NCBI GenBank assembly: GCA_036845025.1
Contig: DAIUEQ010000002.1
Location: 5,409 to 69,408 of the forward strand
Origin: Xanthobacteraceae bacterium
GTDB lineage: Bacteria; Pseudomonadota; Alphaproteobacteria; Rhizobiales; Xanthobacteraceae
Length of the DNA: 64,000 bases
Reading direction: 5' to 3'
A model generated the notes under the pieces. It was not told where the DNA came from and ran no database searches. It saw only the letters and a list, made by a program, of their open reading frames with translations. The stretch's first letter is position 1; every line of letters starts with the position of its first letter. The position numbers and the translations under genes are program-made. Below are positions 8,950 to 18,084 of this stretch, in pieces.

Positions 8950-9780
8950 CTATTTCGCGTCGGCAAGGTCGGCAGCGACGAGCGCCCGCAATTCGACGCT
9001 GACTTCCGGTTTCTTTCCGAACCAGAGCGTAAAGCCGCGGACGGCCTGGTGCAGCAGCATGCCGAGCCCATCGGCGGTGCGCAGGCCGCGGCTCTTCGCG
9101 GCCGAAAGGAGCGGGGTGAGAACCGGCACATAGACCAGGTCGGCGACAATGGCGCGCTCAGGCAAGCGGGCGACGTCGATTGCGAGGGCGGGTTGCCCCT
9201 TCATGCCGAGCGTCGTTGTGTTGACTAGGAGCGCGGCGTCGGAAAGTTCAACCCCGATCTCTTCCCAGCGAATCGGCCGCACGCGCTCGCCGAAGGTCTG
9301 ACGTATCGCTTCGGCGCGGGCGGGTGTCCGGTTAGCGACGGCGATGTGCGTGAGCCCGCGCGCCAGAAGCCCATAAATGACGCCGCGCGCCGCGCCGCCG
9401 GCACCGAGCACTATTGCCTTGCCGACGCCGCGTTCCCATTGCGGCACGCAGGCGTCCAAATTGGCGAGGAACCCTTCGATGTCGGTATTGGTCGAGCGCA
9501 GAATACCGCCGTCGAACCACAGCGTGTTGACCGCGCCCACGGCGCGCGCTTGCTCGTCGGCCTCGGACAACGCAAAAGCCGCTTCCTTGTGCGGCACCGT
9601 CACATTGGCCCCGACATAACCGCGCTCCGGCAGCGATCGGACGAAGGAGGCAAATTCTTCTCGGGGCACCAGTTCGCGGCGGTAAACTCCGGAAATACCG
9701 TAGTGTTTGAGCCAATAATTGTGAATGAGCGGCGAGCGCGAATGCTCAACCGGCCAGCCGATCACGCAAGCCGCGCGCAT
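8950..9780 (-). CDS. aroE: Shikimate dehydrogenase
   Basis: Start is at ATG 9780 (MRAACVIGWPVEHSRSPLIHNYW). AroE blocks are present (GANVTVPHKEAA, NTLW, TNTDIEGF, VLGAGGAARGV). The start is 7 nt after the upstream FAH gene stop. Confidence 0.85.
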   Translation of the reverse strand: MRAACVIGWPVEHSRSPLIHNYWLKHYGISGVYRRELVPREEFASFVRSLPERGYVGANVTVPHKEAAFALSEADEQARAVGAVNTLWFDGGILRSTNTDIEGFLANLDACVPQWERGVGKAIVLGAGGAARGVIYGLLARGLTHIAVANRTPARAEAIRQTFGERVRPIRWEEIGVELSDAALLVNTTTLGMKGQPALAIDVARLPERAIVADLVYVPVLTPLLSAAKSRGLRTADGLGMLLHQAVRGFTLWFGKKPEVSVELRALVAADLADAK

Positions 9781-9787
9781 CGCCCGC

Positions 9788-10636
9788 TCACGCCTCGTCG
9801 GCGACCGGATTGCGCAACACGCCGATGTCCGGGCATTCAATCTCGATGACGTCGCCGGGCTTCAGCCAAATGGCAGTTCCCGGCTTGGCATCTTTTCTCA
9901 CCGGCGTACCGGTGCTGATGATGTCGCCCGGCTTTAACGTCATGACTGTAGTGATATAGACGATCAGATCGGCGAAGTTGAAGACCATGTTGTCAGTGGT
10001 GTCGTCCTGCGTGACTTCGCCATTCTTGCGCACAATCAGGTGCAACGGTTTCGCCAAGTCGACATCGGTTTCGATCCACGGCCCGATACTGCCGCTCGCA
10101 TCGAAGTTCTTGCCCTGGGTAACGTTGAACCGACCGTGACGGAGCCAATCGCGGATCGTGCCTTCGTTGCATAACGTTAGCCCGGCGATCACGCCGAGTG
10201 CCGCATCCTTGGCGACGTGTTTACATTCGCGGCCGATGACCATGGCAATCTCGCCCTCATAGTCGAGCTGTTCGGAAATCTTCGGCCTGATGAGGTTTTG
10301 ACCTTGCCCGACAAGCGAGTTGGGAGCGCGATAAAACATGCTCGGATATTTGGGGTTCTCGGCGAGGTCGTAGTCCTTGCCGCGGTTGGCGTAATTGATG
10401 CCGACACAGAGAATTTTCTCGGGCGCCGCCAATGGTGGCAGCAGTTCGACTTCCGAGAGCGGCAGATCGGGACGTACGCCGGCAATTACCGCCTTAGCTT
10501 CGTCCAGGGCGCCGGCGCGAAGCACATCGAGCAGGCTAGTGAACCGGCTTAACCGCGAGCGCAAATCGACGACGCCGTCGCCTGCGACCGCGCCAAAGCT
10601 CGGCCGGCCGCGCATTTTGTAGCTTGCAAGCCGCAT
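9788..10636 (-). CDS. Fumarylacetoacetate hydrolase (FAH) family protein
   Basis: 282 aa with FAH-fold C-terminal blocks (CVGINYA, DYEGEIAMVIG, FDASGSIGPW, LKPGDIISTGTP). Confidence 0.85.
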   Translation of the reverse strand: MRLASYKMRGRPSFGAVAGDGVVDLRSRLSRFTSLLDVLRAGALDEAKAVIAGVRPDLPLSEVELLPPLAAPEKILCVGINYANRGKDYDLAENPKYPSMFYRAPNSLVGQGQNLIRPKISEQLDYEGEIAMVIGRECKHVAKDAALGVIAGLTLCNEGTIRDWLRHGRFNVTQGKNFDASGSIGPWIETDVDLAKPLHLIVRKNGEVTQDDTTDNMVFNFADLIVYITTVMTLKPGDIISTGTPVRKDAKPGTAIWLKPGDVIEIECPDIGVLRNPVADEA

Positions 10637-10648
10637 ATCGCTTCCCCT

Positions 10649-10724
10649 CTAGTGTCCCGATTCCGAAGTTCGCATGAGCATGCCGCACTCTGGTCTGCGA
10701 ACTTCGGAATCAAAGGGACACTAG
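10649..10724. repeat. Long palindromic element 1 (26-bp arms with one 3-nt bulge, 21-nt loop)
   Basis: The left arm ctagtgtcccgattccgaagttcgca (10649-10674) pairs with tgcgaacttcggaatcAAAgggacactag (10696-10724). Confidence 0.85.
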
Positions 10725-10749
10725 CAACATATTGATCTAGTGTGGCTTT

Positions 10750-10804
10750 GGTTCAGAAGTCCGCATAACGAGCTTTCGGCAAGAATAATGCGGACTTCTG
10801 AACC
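10750..10804. repeat. Long palindromic element 2 (perfect 17-bp arms, 21-nt loop), related to element 1
   Basis: ggttcagaagtccgcat (10750-10766) pairs with atgcggacttctgaacc (10788-10804). The core TTC(A/C)GAAGT(C/T)CGCAT is shared with element 1. It is also preceded by ctagtgt (10737-10743). Confidence 0.85.
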
Positions 10805-10860
10805 GCCACGCGAGGCGATGTGTTAGAAGTCGCCGCAGCAACCGTCAACGGCGATAGAGC

Positions 10861-11844
10861 ATGCCCCTCCGGGATCCGGTCTTCGATCCGCCTTTCAACG
10901 TCGTACGTGCGAGCCATGTCGAACTAGGCGTGAGCGATCTCGGCCGCTCCCGCGCCTTCTATGTCGATTGCCTGGGGCTTTTGGTCAGCGACGAAAGCAA
11001 GGACGCCCTCTATCTCCGCGGCATCGAGGAGCGGGGCCACCATTCGATCGTGTTGCGCCGATCCCGCGAAGCTGAGGTCAGCGCGCTCGGTTTTCGGGTT
11101 GCAAGCGAAGAGGATCTCGATCGCGCCGCATTCTGGTTCGGCCGCCGCAACCTGCCGGCCGCCTTCCCGGATATTCCTCACCAAGGCCGTACCTTGCGGA
11201 CCGCCGACCCGCTGGGCATGCCGCTCGACCTCTGCGCGCAAATGGATCGAGCCGAAAGTATGCTGCAGAAATATGAAGCGCATCGCGGCGCGCGGATTCA
11301 GCGCATCGATCATCTCAATTGCTTCACGCCGGACGTACAGCATAGCTATGACTTTTACCGTGAACTCGGTTTCCGCCTGACCGAGTACACCGAAACCGAC
11401 GGTGACGACGCAAAGCTTTGGGCGGTGTGGATGCACCGCAAAGGTAATGTGCACGATCTCGCGTTCACCAACGGCTTCGGCCCGCGCCTGCATCACATCG
11501 GATTATGGACGCCGGGAGTGCTCGATATCGTCCACATTTGCGACGTGATGGCGTCCAGCGGCTTTCTCGCCAATATGGAGCGCGGACCAGGGCGGCACGG
11601 TATTTCCAATGCGTTCTTCCTCTACGTGCGCGATCCGGATGGGCACCGGGTGGAGTTGTTCACGTCCGATTATCTGACCGTCGATCGCGATCACGAGCCG
11701 ATCCGCTGGTCGCTGCTCGATCCGCGGCGGCAAACCTTGTGGGGGCATCCTGCGCCCGCCTCATGGTTCAATGAAGGGTCGGTGTTTGCCGGCGTGGCGC
11801 CGCGCGAGCCGGTGCTCGCCGCTCAACCCATCGTGGCGATGTAG
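10861..11844 (+). CDS. Type I extradiol ring-cleavage dioxygenase (VOC superfamily), homoprotocatechuate 2,3-dioxygenase-like
   Basis: 327 aa with two tandem VOC modules (SHVELGVSDLGRSRAFY, IDHLNCFTPDV, HHIGLW, GHRVELFT). Substrate assignment is by family resemblance only. Confidence 0.7.
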   Translation: MPLRDPVFDPPFNVVRASHVELGVSDLGRSRAFYVDCLGLLVSDESKDALYLRGIEERGHHSIVLRRSREAEVSALGFRVASEEDLDRAAFWFGRRNLPAAFPDIPHQGRTLRTADPLGMPLDLCAQMDRAESMLQKYEAHRGARIQRIDHLNCFTPDVQHSYDFYRELGFRLTEYTETDGDDAKLWAVWMHRKGNVHDLAFTNGFGPRLHHIGLWTPGVLDIVHICDVMASSGFLANMERGPGRHGISNAFFLYVRDPDGHRVELFTSDYLTVDRDHEPIRWSLLDPRRQTLWGHPAPASWFNEGSVFAGVAPREPVLAAQPIVAM

Positions 11845-11851
11845 GCTAGAT

Positions 11852-12520
11852 TTACGGCTGTACGGCGGGCGCCCGGCGCGCCAGCTCGCCCTCTAGTCGG
11901 GCGACATTGTCGAACAGACGGGCCGTCGCCAGGCGCAGAAAATAGAACCCGAATGTCGGATTCTGATAATATAGCTCTTCGACCTGCTCATAGGTGATCG
12001 ACAGAACGTTGCCGTCTTCGATGCATTCGAGCGTCGCAGTGCGCTTATTGTCCGGCGATAGCATCGCGAGCTCGCCCACGACTTCACCTCGCTCTACTTC
12101 GACGCCGAGCTCGAGCAGCACATAACGGCCCGTCAAAGTACAGAACATGGCGTCGGCCGGTTCGCCCTTGGCAAACAAGAGATCGCCCTTTCTGAAATGC
12201 CGCTCAGTCATGAACGGCCTGAGCCAGTCCAGCGAAGGTTTGCCCTGAACGGCTTCACGCACCCCGCGGATTAGGACAAACATTTGGTAAAGGCGATAGG
12301 CATTGATAGGCAGGGCAAATAGTTGCAACAGCAGCGGCAGAAATGCATGCGCCAACGCGAAGTACACGATCAGAAAACAATTAGCGATGATGGCGAGGAT
12401 GCGCAGCGGCACCATCGTCTTGGTCGAAGCGGTGGCGACGATGAATAGCGACGCGGTGCTGTTGATTAAATCAGTCCAGTGCATGGACTCCCTCCATGTA
12501 CCTAAACGGGCGTCAGTCAA
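11852..12520 (-). CDS. Membrane-anchored cyclic-nucleotide-binding-domain protein with no recognisable output domain
   Basis: 222 aa. The N-terminal ~85 aa hold 2-3 hydrophobic helices (LRILAIIANCFLIVYFAL, FLPLLLQLFALPINAYRLYQMFVLI). The C-terminal CNB domain has the phosphate-binding cassette VGELAMLSPDNKRTATL. The start may instead be the internal ATG (MHWTDL). Confidence 0.7.
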   Translation of the reverse strand: MTDARLGTWRESMHWTDLINSTASLFIVATASTKTMVPLRILAIIANCFLIVYFALAHAFLPLLLQLFALPINAYRLYQMFVLIRGVREAVQGKPSLDWLRPFMTERHFRKGDLLFAKGEPADAMFCTLTGRYVLLELGVEVERGEVVGELAMLSPDNKRTATLECIEDGNVLSITYEQVEELYYQNPTFGFYFLRLATARLFDNVARLEGELARRAPAVQP

Positions 12521-12687
12521 TGGCTGCGCGTTGAAGAATTTTACTTCGCAACGTCTTCGGCCTTTGCGGATTCACGATAGCATCGCAGGTTCATTTGGCT
12601 AACGGGTGGGCCGGCTCCGATCACGCAATTTCGGCTGGCGGGGTAAGCCCTGACAGCGTAATTTGGCGGCATGCAGGCAATTAGACG

Positions 12688-13845
12688 ATGAGCCCGCCAA
12701 TGTCTGGCGCCGTTTCCACATTCTCTCAGTATACGGCATCGGTCCGCCACTTTGCGGCGTCGGGGATGACGCGTTACGTGGTTCTGGGAACGGGCCTCCT
12801 CGGCATGACCGCGCTGACCGTGCCCGATTTGCGTGGTTCGTTCGGCCTTTGGTTGAATATCGGCCTGTGGCTTTGTCTCGCATATTTTGCGTTTGACGGC
12901 GTCGTCCGCTCGAGCGCCTCGCGGCGTACCGGAAAAGTGCTTCACTATTTGGGCACACCGGCCGGCATCATCGACGTTCTCTGCATTGTCCCGGCCCCGC
13001 TCGCGCTTGTCTGCGGGGTTGCTCCCGAAACCGCCTGGCTATTCGCAGCGTTGTGGGTGCTCAAGCTCACTCAGGACTCGCCGGGTTTCGCGCAGCTCGG
13101 CCGTGTCTTTGTCGTTGAGGCGAAGGCCCTAGCCAGCGTGCTGGTGCTGTTTCTCATCGCCCTGTTCCTGGCATCCGCGGCGATGTACGTGCTTGAGCGT
13201 GAAAATCAGCCGCAGGTGTTCGGAACGCTCCCGGCGGCGCTGTGGTGGGCGGTGGAGACGCTAACGACGACGGGGTACGGCGACGAGGTACCGTTGACCG
13301 CGCTCGGCCGCCTCCTCGGCGCAATGGTGATGATCTGCGGGATCGCCACTTTTGGATTATGGACGGGCATTTTGGCTACCGGTTTTGCGGCGGAAAACCG
13401 GCGTCGCAATTTCATTCAAACCTGGGATCTGGTCAGCAAGGTACCGTTTCTGCAGACGCTTGATCCCTCCGCGATCACCGAGATCACGCACATGATGCGC
13501 CGCGTGGAGGTGCCGGCGCGGACCGCCGTCATTCGCCGTGGCAAGGTCGGAGACTGCATGTACTTTATCGCGGAAGGCGAGGTGGAGGTCGACGTCGACC
13601 CGGCGCCTGTCCGGCTGGGGGCCGGCGCTTTTTTTGGCGAGCTTGCTTTGCTGGGTGATTTGATCCGTACGGCAAACGTCTCCACCACCGATGCCTCGAC
13701 GCTGCTGGTTCTCGACTTAGCGGATTTTCGCACCGTCATGGCGCATCATGCCGAGCTTGCCCGCGCAATTGACGCCGAAGCCAAGAGGCGGCAGGGCGAC
13801 AACCAGCGCCGGCGCGAGCTCCATGTTGATGAGTTTTCCTCGTGA
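12688..13845 (+). CDS. Cyclic-nucleotide-regulated K+ channel (MloK1-like)
   Basis: Has a K+ selectivity filter (ETLTTTGYGDEVP), preceding TM segments, and a C-terminal CNB domain (GDCMYFIAEGEVEV, FFGELALLGDLIRTANV). An alternative start at ATG 12766 would give ~359 aa. Confidence 0.85.
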   Translation: MSPPMSGAVSTFSQYTASVRHFAASGMTRYVVLGTGLLGMTALTVPDLRGSFGLWLNIGLWLCLAYFAFDGVVRSSASRRTGKVLHYLGTPAGIIDVLCIVPAPLALVCGVAPETAWLFAALWVLKLTQDSPGFAQLGRVFVVEAKALASVLVLFLIALFLASAAMYVLERENQPQVFGTLPAALWWAVETLTTTGYGDEVPLTALGRLLGAMVMICGIATFGLWTGILATGFAAENRRRNFIQTWDLVSKVPFLQTLDPSAITEITHMMRRVEVPARTAVIRRGKVGDCMYFIAEGEVEVDVDPAPVRLGAGAFFGELALLGDLIRTANVSTTDASTLLVLDLADFRTVMAHHAELARAIDAEAKRRQGDNQRRRELHVDEFSS

Positions 13846-13867
13846 TGGTTGGATTGCCGGTATTGAA

Positions 13868-15175
13868 ATGACAAACGCTCTCAATGAAACACACGATCCG
13901 GGGCGGCAAAGCTTTGTTGCCAGCGCGAACGCGCCGGATGCCGACTTTCCGATTCAGAACCTGCCGTTCGGCGCTTATTGCCCCGCCCCGGGTGCCACCC
14001 AGCGCATTGGCGTGGCAATCGGCGACCAGATTCTCGATGTGGCGGCGGCCGCGTCCTGTTTCGACGGTCCGGCGGTGGTCGCGGCGCAAAATTGCGCCGG
14101 TCCGCATCTCAATCAATTGATGTCGCTTGGCCCGGAAGCGTCGTCGGCGCTGCGCTTATCAATGTCGCGCGGTTTGAGCGCCGATCAAAAAGACGTTCGG
14201 CTAGAGCGGCATTTAACGCCGATGGCGCGGGCGGAGCTGATGCTCCCGGTTGCGATCAGTGATTTTACCGATTTTTACGCATCGGTTTTTCACGCCACCA
14301 ATGCCGGGCGGGCATTCCGTCCGGAGAACCCGTTATTGCCGAATTACAAATACGTCCCGGTTGCTTACCACGGGCGCGCCTCATCAATTCGGGTGAGCGG
14401 CACGGCGGTGAAGCGGCCGCAAGGCCAGCGCAAACCCGCGAACGAGGACGTTCCGACTTACGGGCCGTCGCGCAATCTCGATTTCGAGCTCGAACTTGGC
14501 TTCTATATCGGCGTACCGACGAGACTCGGCGAAACGGTTCCAGTCGGCAACGCGGCCGAACACATTTTCGGCTTTTGCCTGCTCAACGACTGGTCGGCGC
14601 GCGACGTGCAAGGTTGGGAATATCAGCCGCTCGGTCCGTTCCTCGGCAAGAATTTCGCGACCACCGTGTCGCCCTGGGTGGTCACTGCCGAAGCGCTCGC
14701 GCCGTTTCGGACGGCCGCGTTCTCCCGGCCGTCCGGCGATCCGCAACCGTTACCGCATCTCGACGACGCGGCCGATCGTGCGGAAGGCGGGCTCGACGTC
14801 ACGCTGGAAGCCTATTTGGCGACGGAGGCCATGCGGCGCGCCGGCACTAGCCCGCTTCGGCTGACCCAGACCAGCTTTGCTTCCATGTATTGGACCGTGG
14901 CGCAGATGGTGGCTCATCACGCGAGCAACGGCTGCAATCTGGAAATTGGCGACTTGATTGGTTCTGGAACAATATCCGGACCAGAGAAGAATAGCTGGGG
15001 TAGCCTGCTCGAACTGACCGCGCGCGGCCGCGAACCGTTGACATTGCCGTCGGGTGAAACACGCGGATTTATCGAGGACGGTGACGAAATTATTTTTCGC
15101 GGCTTTGCGCAAAAGCAAGGTTATCGGCGCATCGGTTTCGGTGAGTGCCGTGCCGTCATCCTCCCGGCCACTTAG
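13868..15175 (+). CDS. fahA: Fumarylacetoacetase
   Basis: 435 aa from ATG 13868. It has the N-terminal FAA-hydrolase domain (FPIQNLPFGAY..IGVAIGDQILDV) and the FAH catalytic domain (DFELELGFYIG, LLNDWSARD, GDLIGSGTISG). Confidence 0.85.
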   Translation: MTNALNETHDPGRQSFVASANAPDADFPIQNLPFGAYCPAPGATQRIGVAIGDQILDVAAAASCFDGPAVVAAQNCAGPHLNQLMSLGPEASSALRLSMSRGLSADQKDVRLERHLTPMARAELMLPVAISDFTDFYASVFHATNAGRAFRPENPLLPNYKYVPVAYHGRASSIRVSGTAVKRPQGQRKPANEDVPTYGPSRNLDFELELGFYIGVPTRLGETVPVGNAAEHIFGFCLLNDWSARDVQGWEYQPLGPFLGKNFATTVSPWVVTAEALAPFRTAAFSRPSGDPQPLPHLDDAADRAEGGLDVTLEAYLATEAMRRAGTSPLRLTQTSFASMYWTVAQMVAHHASNGCNLEIGDLIGSGTISGPEKNSWGSLLELTARGREPLTLPSGETRGFIEDGDEIIFRGFAQKQGYRRIGFGECRAVILPAT

Positions 15176-15191
15176 CAACGGCGCGGCGGCG

Positions 15192-16289
15192 TTATTCCGC
15201 CGGCACCCATTTTTGCAGACGTTTGCCGGTATCGACTTCGCCGGTGTAGAGATTGCCGCGCGAATCGAACTTGGCGGCGTGGACCCAGTGAAATTCGCCG
15301 GCGCCGCGTCCGGGACGCCCGTAGGTGCCGACGATGGCGCCGTCTTTGCGGCGCACCGTCTCAATCATATTGTTGGTTCCGTCGATGAGAACGAAATAAT
15401 TTTGCCGCTTGTCGAGCGGCGAGAAGGCGAGAGCCCAAGCTGAGCCGGGACCTTGCGTCTTTGGCTCGAAGACGAACTGGCGGACGAAATTGCCGTCCTT
15501 GCTGAATACCTGCACGCGATTGTTGGCGCGGTCGCAGACATAGACGAAACCGTCCTTGCCGAGCGCGATGCAATGCACCGGGCTGGCGAATTGCGGTGCG
15601 TCCGGGTCGTAGGGCGGAAGTTTGTCGTCGGTCGGCGGTTTGCCGTAAGCGCCCCACACGCGTTTGATGGCGCCGGTGTCGCCATCGAGCACGGCCACGC
15701 GATGGTTGCCGTAACCATCGGCGGCATAAATTTCGTTGGCAGTCTTGTCATATTCGAGCGCGGCAACCTGCCCGAATTGGCTCAAATCCGTACTCGAGGT
15801 CAGTGGGCCACTCTTGCCGATTTCGGCGACGAACTTGCCGTCGGTAGTGAATTTCAACACCATCATATCGGTCTTGCCGTTGCCGGACAGCCAAACGAAG
15901 CCCTTGTTGTCGACGAGGATGCCGTGTTCGTTGGTCGGCCAGTCATAGCCGAGATTATCGCCCGGGCCGCCCCACGACTTCACCACCTCGCCGGACTGAT
16001 TGAACACCAGCACCGAAGGCGCCGGCACACAGCATTTCGAGCGCGGCGGATTAAGCGTCGCGCCTTTCTCGTCGTCGGTCAGCGAGCGCGGCCGCTGGAA
16101 TACCCAGATATTGTCCGAGGCGTCGACGGAAATGCCGCCGATCTGGCCGAGAATCCAGTTGTTCGGCAACGGTTTCGGCCAGTAGGGATCGACGCGGAAT
16201 GCCGGGCCTTGGGCATGGGCGGGCAGGGCGGTCAGAACAAGCGCCGCGAGACACGCAAACAGCGCGCCGATTACACTACGGACGGCCAT
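15192..16289 (-). CDS. Secreted NHL-repeat beta-propeller protein
   Basis: 365 aa from ATG 16289 with a signal peptide (ALFACLAALVLTALPAHAQG). Repeated NHL-like units are present (IYAADGYGNHRVAVLD, VYVCDRANNRVQVFS, LYTGEVDTGKRLQKW). The longer listed ORF overlaps the upstream gene. Confidence 0.7.
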   Translation of the reverse strand: MAVRSVIGALFACLAALVLTALPAHAQGPAFRVDPYWPKPLPNNWILGQIGGISVDASDNIWVFQRPRSLTDDEKGATLNPPRSKCCVPAPSVLVFNQSGEVVKSWGGPGDNLGYDWPTNEHGILVDNKGFVWLSGNGKTDMMVLKFTTDGKFVAEIGKSGPLTSSTDLSQFGQVAALEYDKTANEIYAADGYGNHRVAVLDGDTGAIKRVWGAYGKPPTDDKLPPYDPDAPQFASPVHCIALGKDGFVYVCDRANNRVQVFSKDGNFVRQFVFEPKTQGPGSAWALAFSPLDKRQNYFVLIDGTNNMIETVRRKDGAIVGTYGRPGRGAGEFHWVHAAKFDSRGNLYTGEVDTGKRLQKWVPAE

Positions 16290-16350
16290 GTTGTTTTCCC
16301 CCACGTGTCGTTCGGCTCGTACTAATCGCGCACCGTAAAATGCTGACGCG

Positions 16351-18084
16351 CTAATGAATCTCCGGCTCAGGCGTTGGCTCGCGGCCCTGCAGGAAATCGA
16401 AATCGCAGCCCTCATCGGCCTGGCCGATATGAGCCGAATACATGGCGCCGTAACCCCGCGCATAACGTGGTGGCGGCGGCGTCCACGCTGCGCGGCGTCT
16501 CGAAAGTTCATCGTCAGCGACGTGCAGATGAATCTTGCGCGCCGCGATATCGATCTCGATTTCGTCGCCGGTTTTGACCAGCGCCAGCGGGCCGCCGACA
16601 AAACTCTCCGGTGCCACGTGCAGGATGCACGCGCCGTAGCTCGTGCCGCTCATACGTGCGTCGGAAACGCGCAACATGTCGCGCACGCCGCCCTTGAGGA
16701 GCTTCTTGGGAATTGGCAATTGACCCCATTCCGGCATGCCGGGGCCGCCTTTGGGGCCGCAATTCTTCAAAACCATAACGTCGTCGGGCGTCACGTCGAG
16801 GTCGTCGCGCTCGACCTCGCGCGCCATTTGTTCGTAGCTTTCGAACGCGATGGCCCTGCCGCGATGCTGCAATAGGCGCTTGTCGGCCGCTGCGGGCTTC
16901 ATCACGCAGCCGCGCGGAGCGAGATTGCCGGTCAGCACCGCGGTCGCCCCTTCGGGGTAAAGCGGCGCTGACAGCGGATGAATGACATCGGGCAGATAAG
17001 TTTCGGCGCCGGCAATATTGTCGCGCAGCGGCCGACCAGTCACCGTGATGCTGGAAAGATCGAGGCGACCGCTCATCGCCGCCATCAGCGCCCGCAGTCC
17101 TCCGGCATAGAAAAAATCCTCCATCAGATATTTGCCTGACGGAGTGATGTTGGCGATGACCGGCACCTGCCGCGAAATCTCGTCGAAACGCTGCATGTCG
17201 AGGGCAACGCCGGCGCGCCGCGCCATGGCGATGACGTGGATGATGGCGTTGGTTGAGCCGCCGAGCGCCATGTGCACGCGGATGGCGTTGTCGAAGGCCG
17301 CCGGCGTCAGAATTTTATCCGGGGTCAAATCTTCCCACACCATATCGACGATGCGCCGGCCGGCGGCCGCGCACATCCGCGGATGATTCGCGTCCGGCGC
17401 GGGAATCGACGAAGCGCCCGGCAGTGACAGTCCCAGCGCTTCGGTAATGGCCATCATGGTCGCCGCGGTTCCCATGACCATGCAGGTGCCGAACGAGCGC
17501 GCGATACCGCCCTCGATCTCGCTCCAGTCGGCTTCGCCAATTTTACCCGCGCGCTTCTCGTCCCAGTATTTCCAGACATCCGAACCGGAACCGAGCGTCC
17601 GCCCGCGCCAGTTGCCGCGCAGCATCGGTCCGGCCGGTACGTAGATCGCGGGCAGGCCCATGGAAATCGCGCCCATGACGAGGCCCGGCGTTGTCTTGTC
17701 ACAGCCGCCCATCAGCACCGCGCCGTCGATCGGATGGCTGCGCAGCAGTTCCTCACACTCCATGGCGAGAAAGTTCCGATAGAGCATCGTCGAAGGTTTG
17801 ACGAACGGTTCGGCGAGCGACATCGCCGGCAATTCCAGGGGAAATCCGCCGGCCTGCCAGACGCCGCGCTTCACGTCTTCGGCTCGTGCCCGCAGGTGGC
17901 CGTGACAAGCGTTGATGTCGCTCCAGGTGTTGACGATACCGATCACGGGCTTGCCGACCCAATCGGCGCGGTCAAAACCCAATTGCTGCAACCGCGAGCG
18001 ATGGCCGAAGGTCCGCAAGTCTTCCCGCCCGAGCCAGCGACTACTGCGCAGGTCTTGCGGCGATTTGTTCCTTCCAGATGGCAT
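16351..18084 (-). CDS. IlvD/Edd-family dehydratase (sugar-acid/dihydroxy-acid dehydratase type)
   Basis: 577 aa with family blocks (PVIGIVNTWSDINACHGHL, GGCDKTTPG, DARMSGTSYG). The specific substrate cannot be determined from sequence. Confidence 0.85.
   Translation of the reverse strand: MPSGRNKSPQDLRSSRWLGREDLRTFGHRSRLQQLGFDRADWVGKPVIGIVNTWSDINACHGHLRARAEDVKRGVWQAGGFPLELPAMSLAEPFVKPSTMLYRNFLAMECEELLRSHPIDGAVLMGGCDKTTPGLVMGAISMGLPAIYVPAGPMLRGNWRGRTLGSGSDVWKYWDEKRAGKIGEADWSEIEGGIARSFGTCMVMGTAATMMAITEALGLSLPGASSIPAPDANHPRMCAAAGRRIVDMVWEDLTPDKILTPAAFDNAIRVHMALGGSTNAIIHVIAMARRAGVALDMQRFDEISRQVPVIANITPSGKYLMEDFFYAGGLRALMAAMSGRLDLSSITVTGRPLRDNIAGAETYLPDVIHPLSAPLYPEGATAVLTGNLAPRGCVMKPAAADKRLLQHRGRAIAFESYEQMAREVERDDLDVTPDDVMVLKNCGPKGGPGMPEWGQLPIPKKLLKGGVRDMLRVSDARMSGTSYGACILHVAPESFVGGPLALVKTGDEIEIDIAARKIHLHVADDELSRRRAAWTPPPPRYARGYGAMYSAHIGQADEGCDFDFLQGREPTPEPEIH

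Noticed and set aside
12541-12958. Two minus-strand ORFs (134 and 119 aa) in and next to the cNMP divergent region
   Set aside because: Both overlap the K+ channel 5' region in antisense, are Arg-rich, and lack motifs or start context.
15453-16325. 290-aa plus-strand ORF
   Set aside because: It is antisense to the NHL-repeat gene and has no motifs.
16290-16601. 104-codon N-terminal extension of the NHL-repeat ORF
   Set aside because: It overlaps the 3' end of the IlvD/Edd gene. A typical signal peptide begins at the internal ATG 16289.
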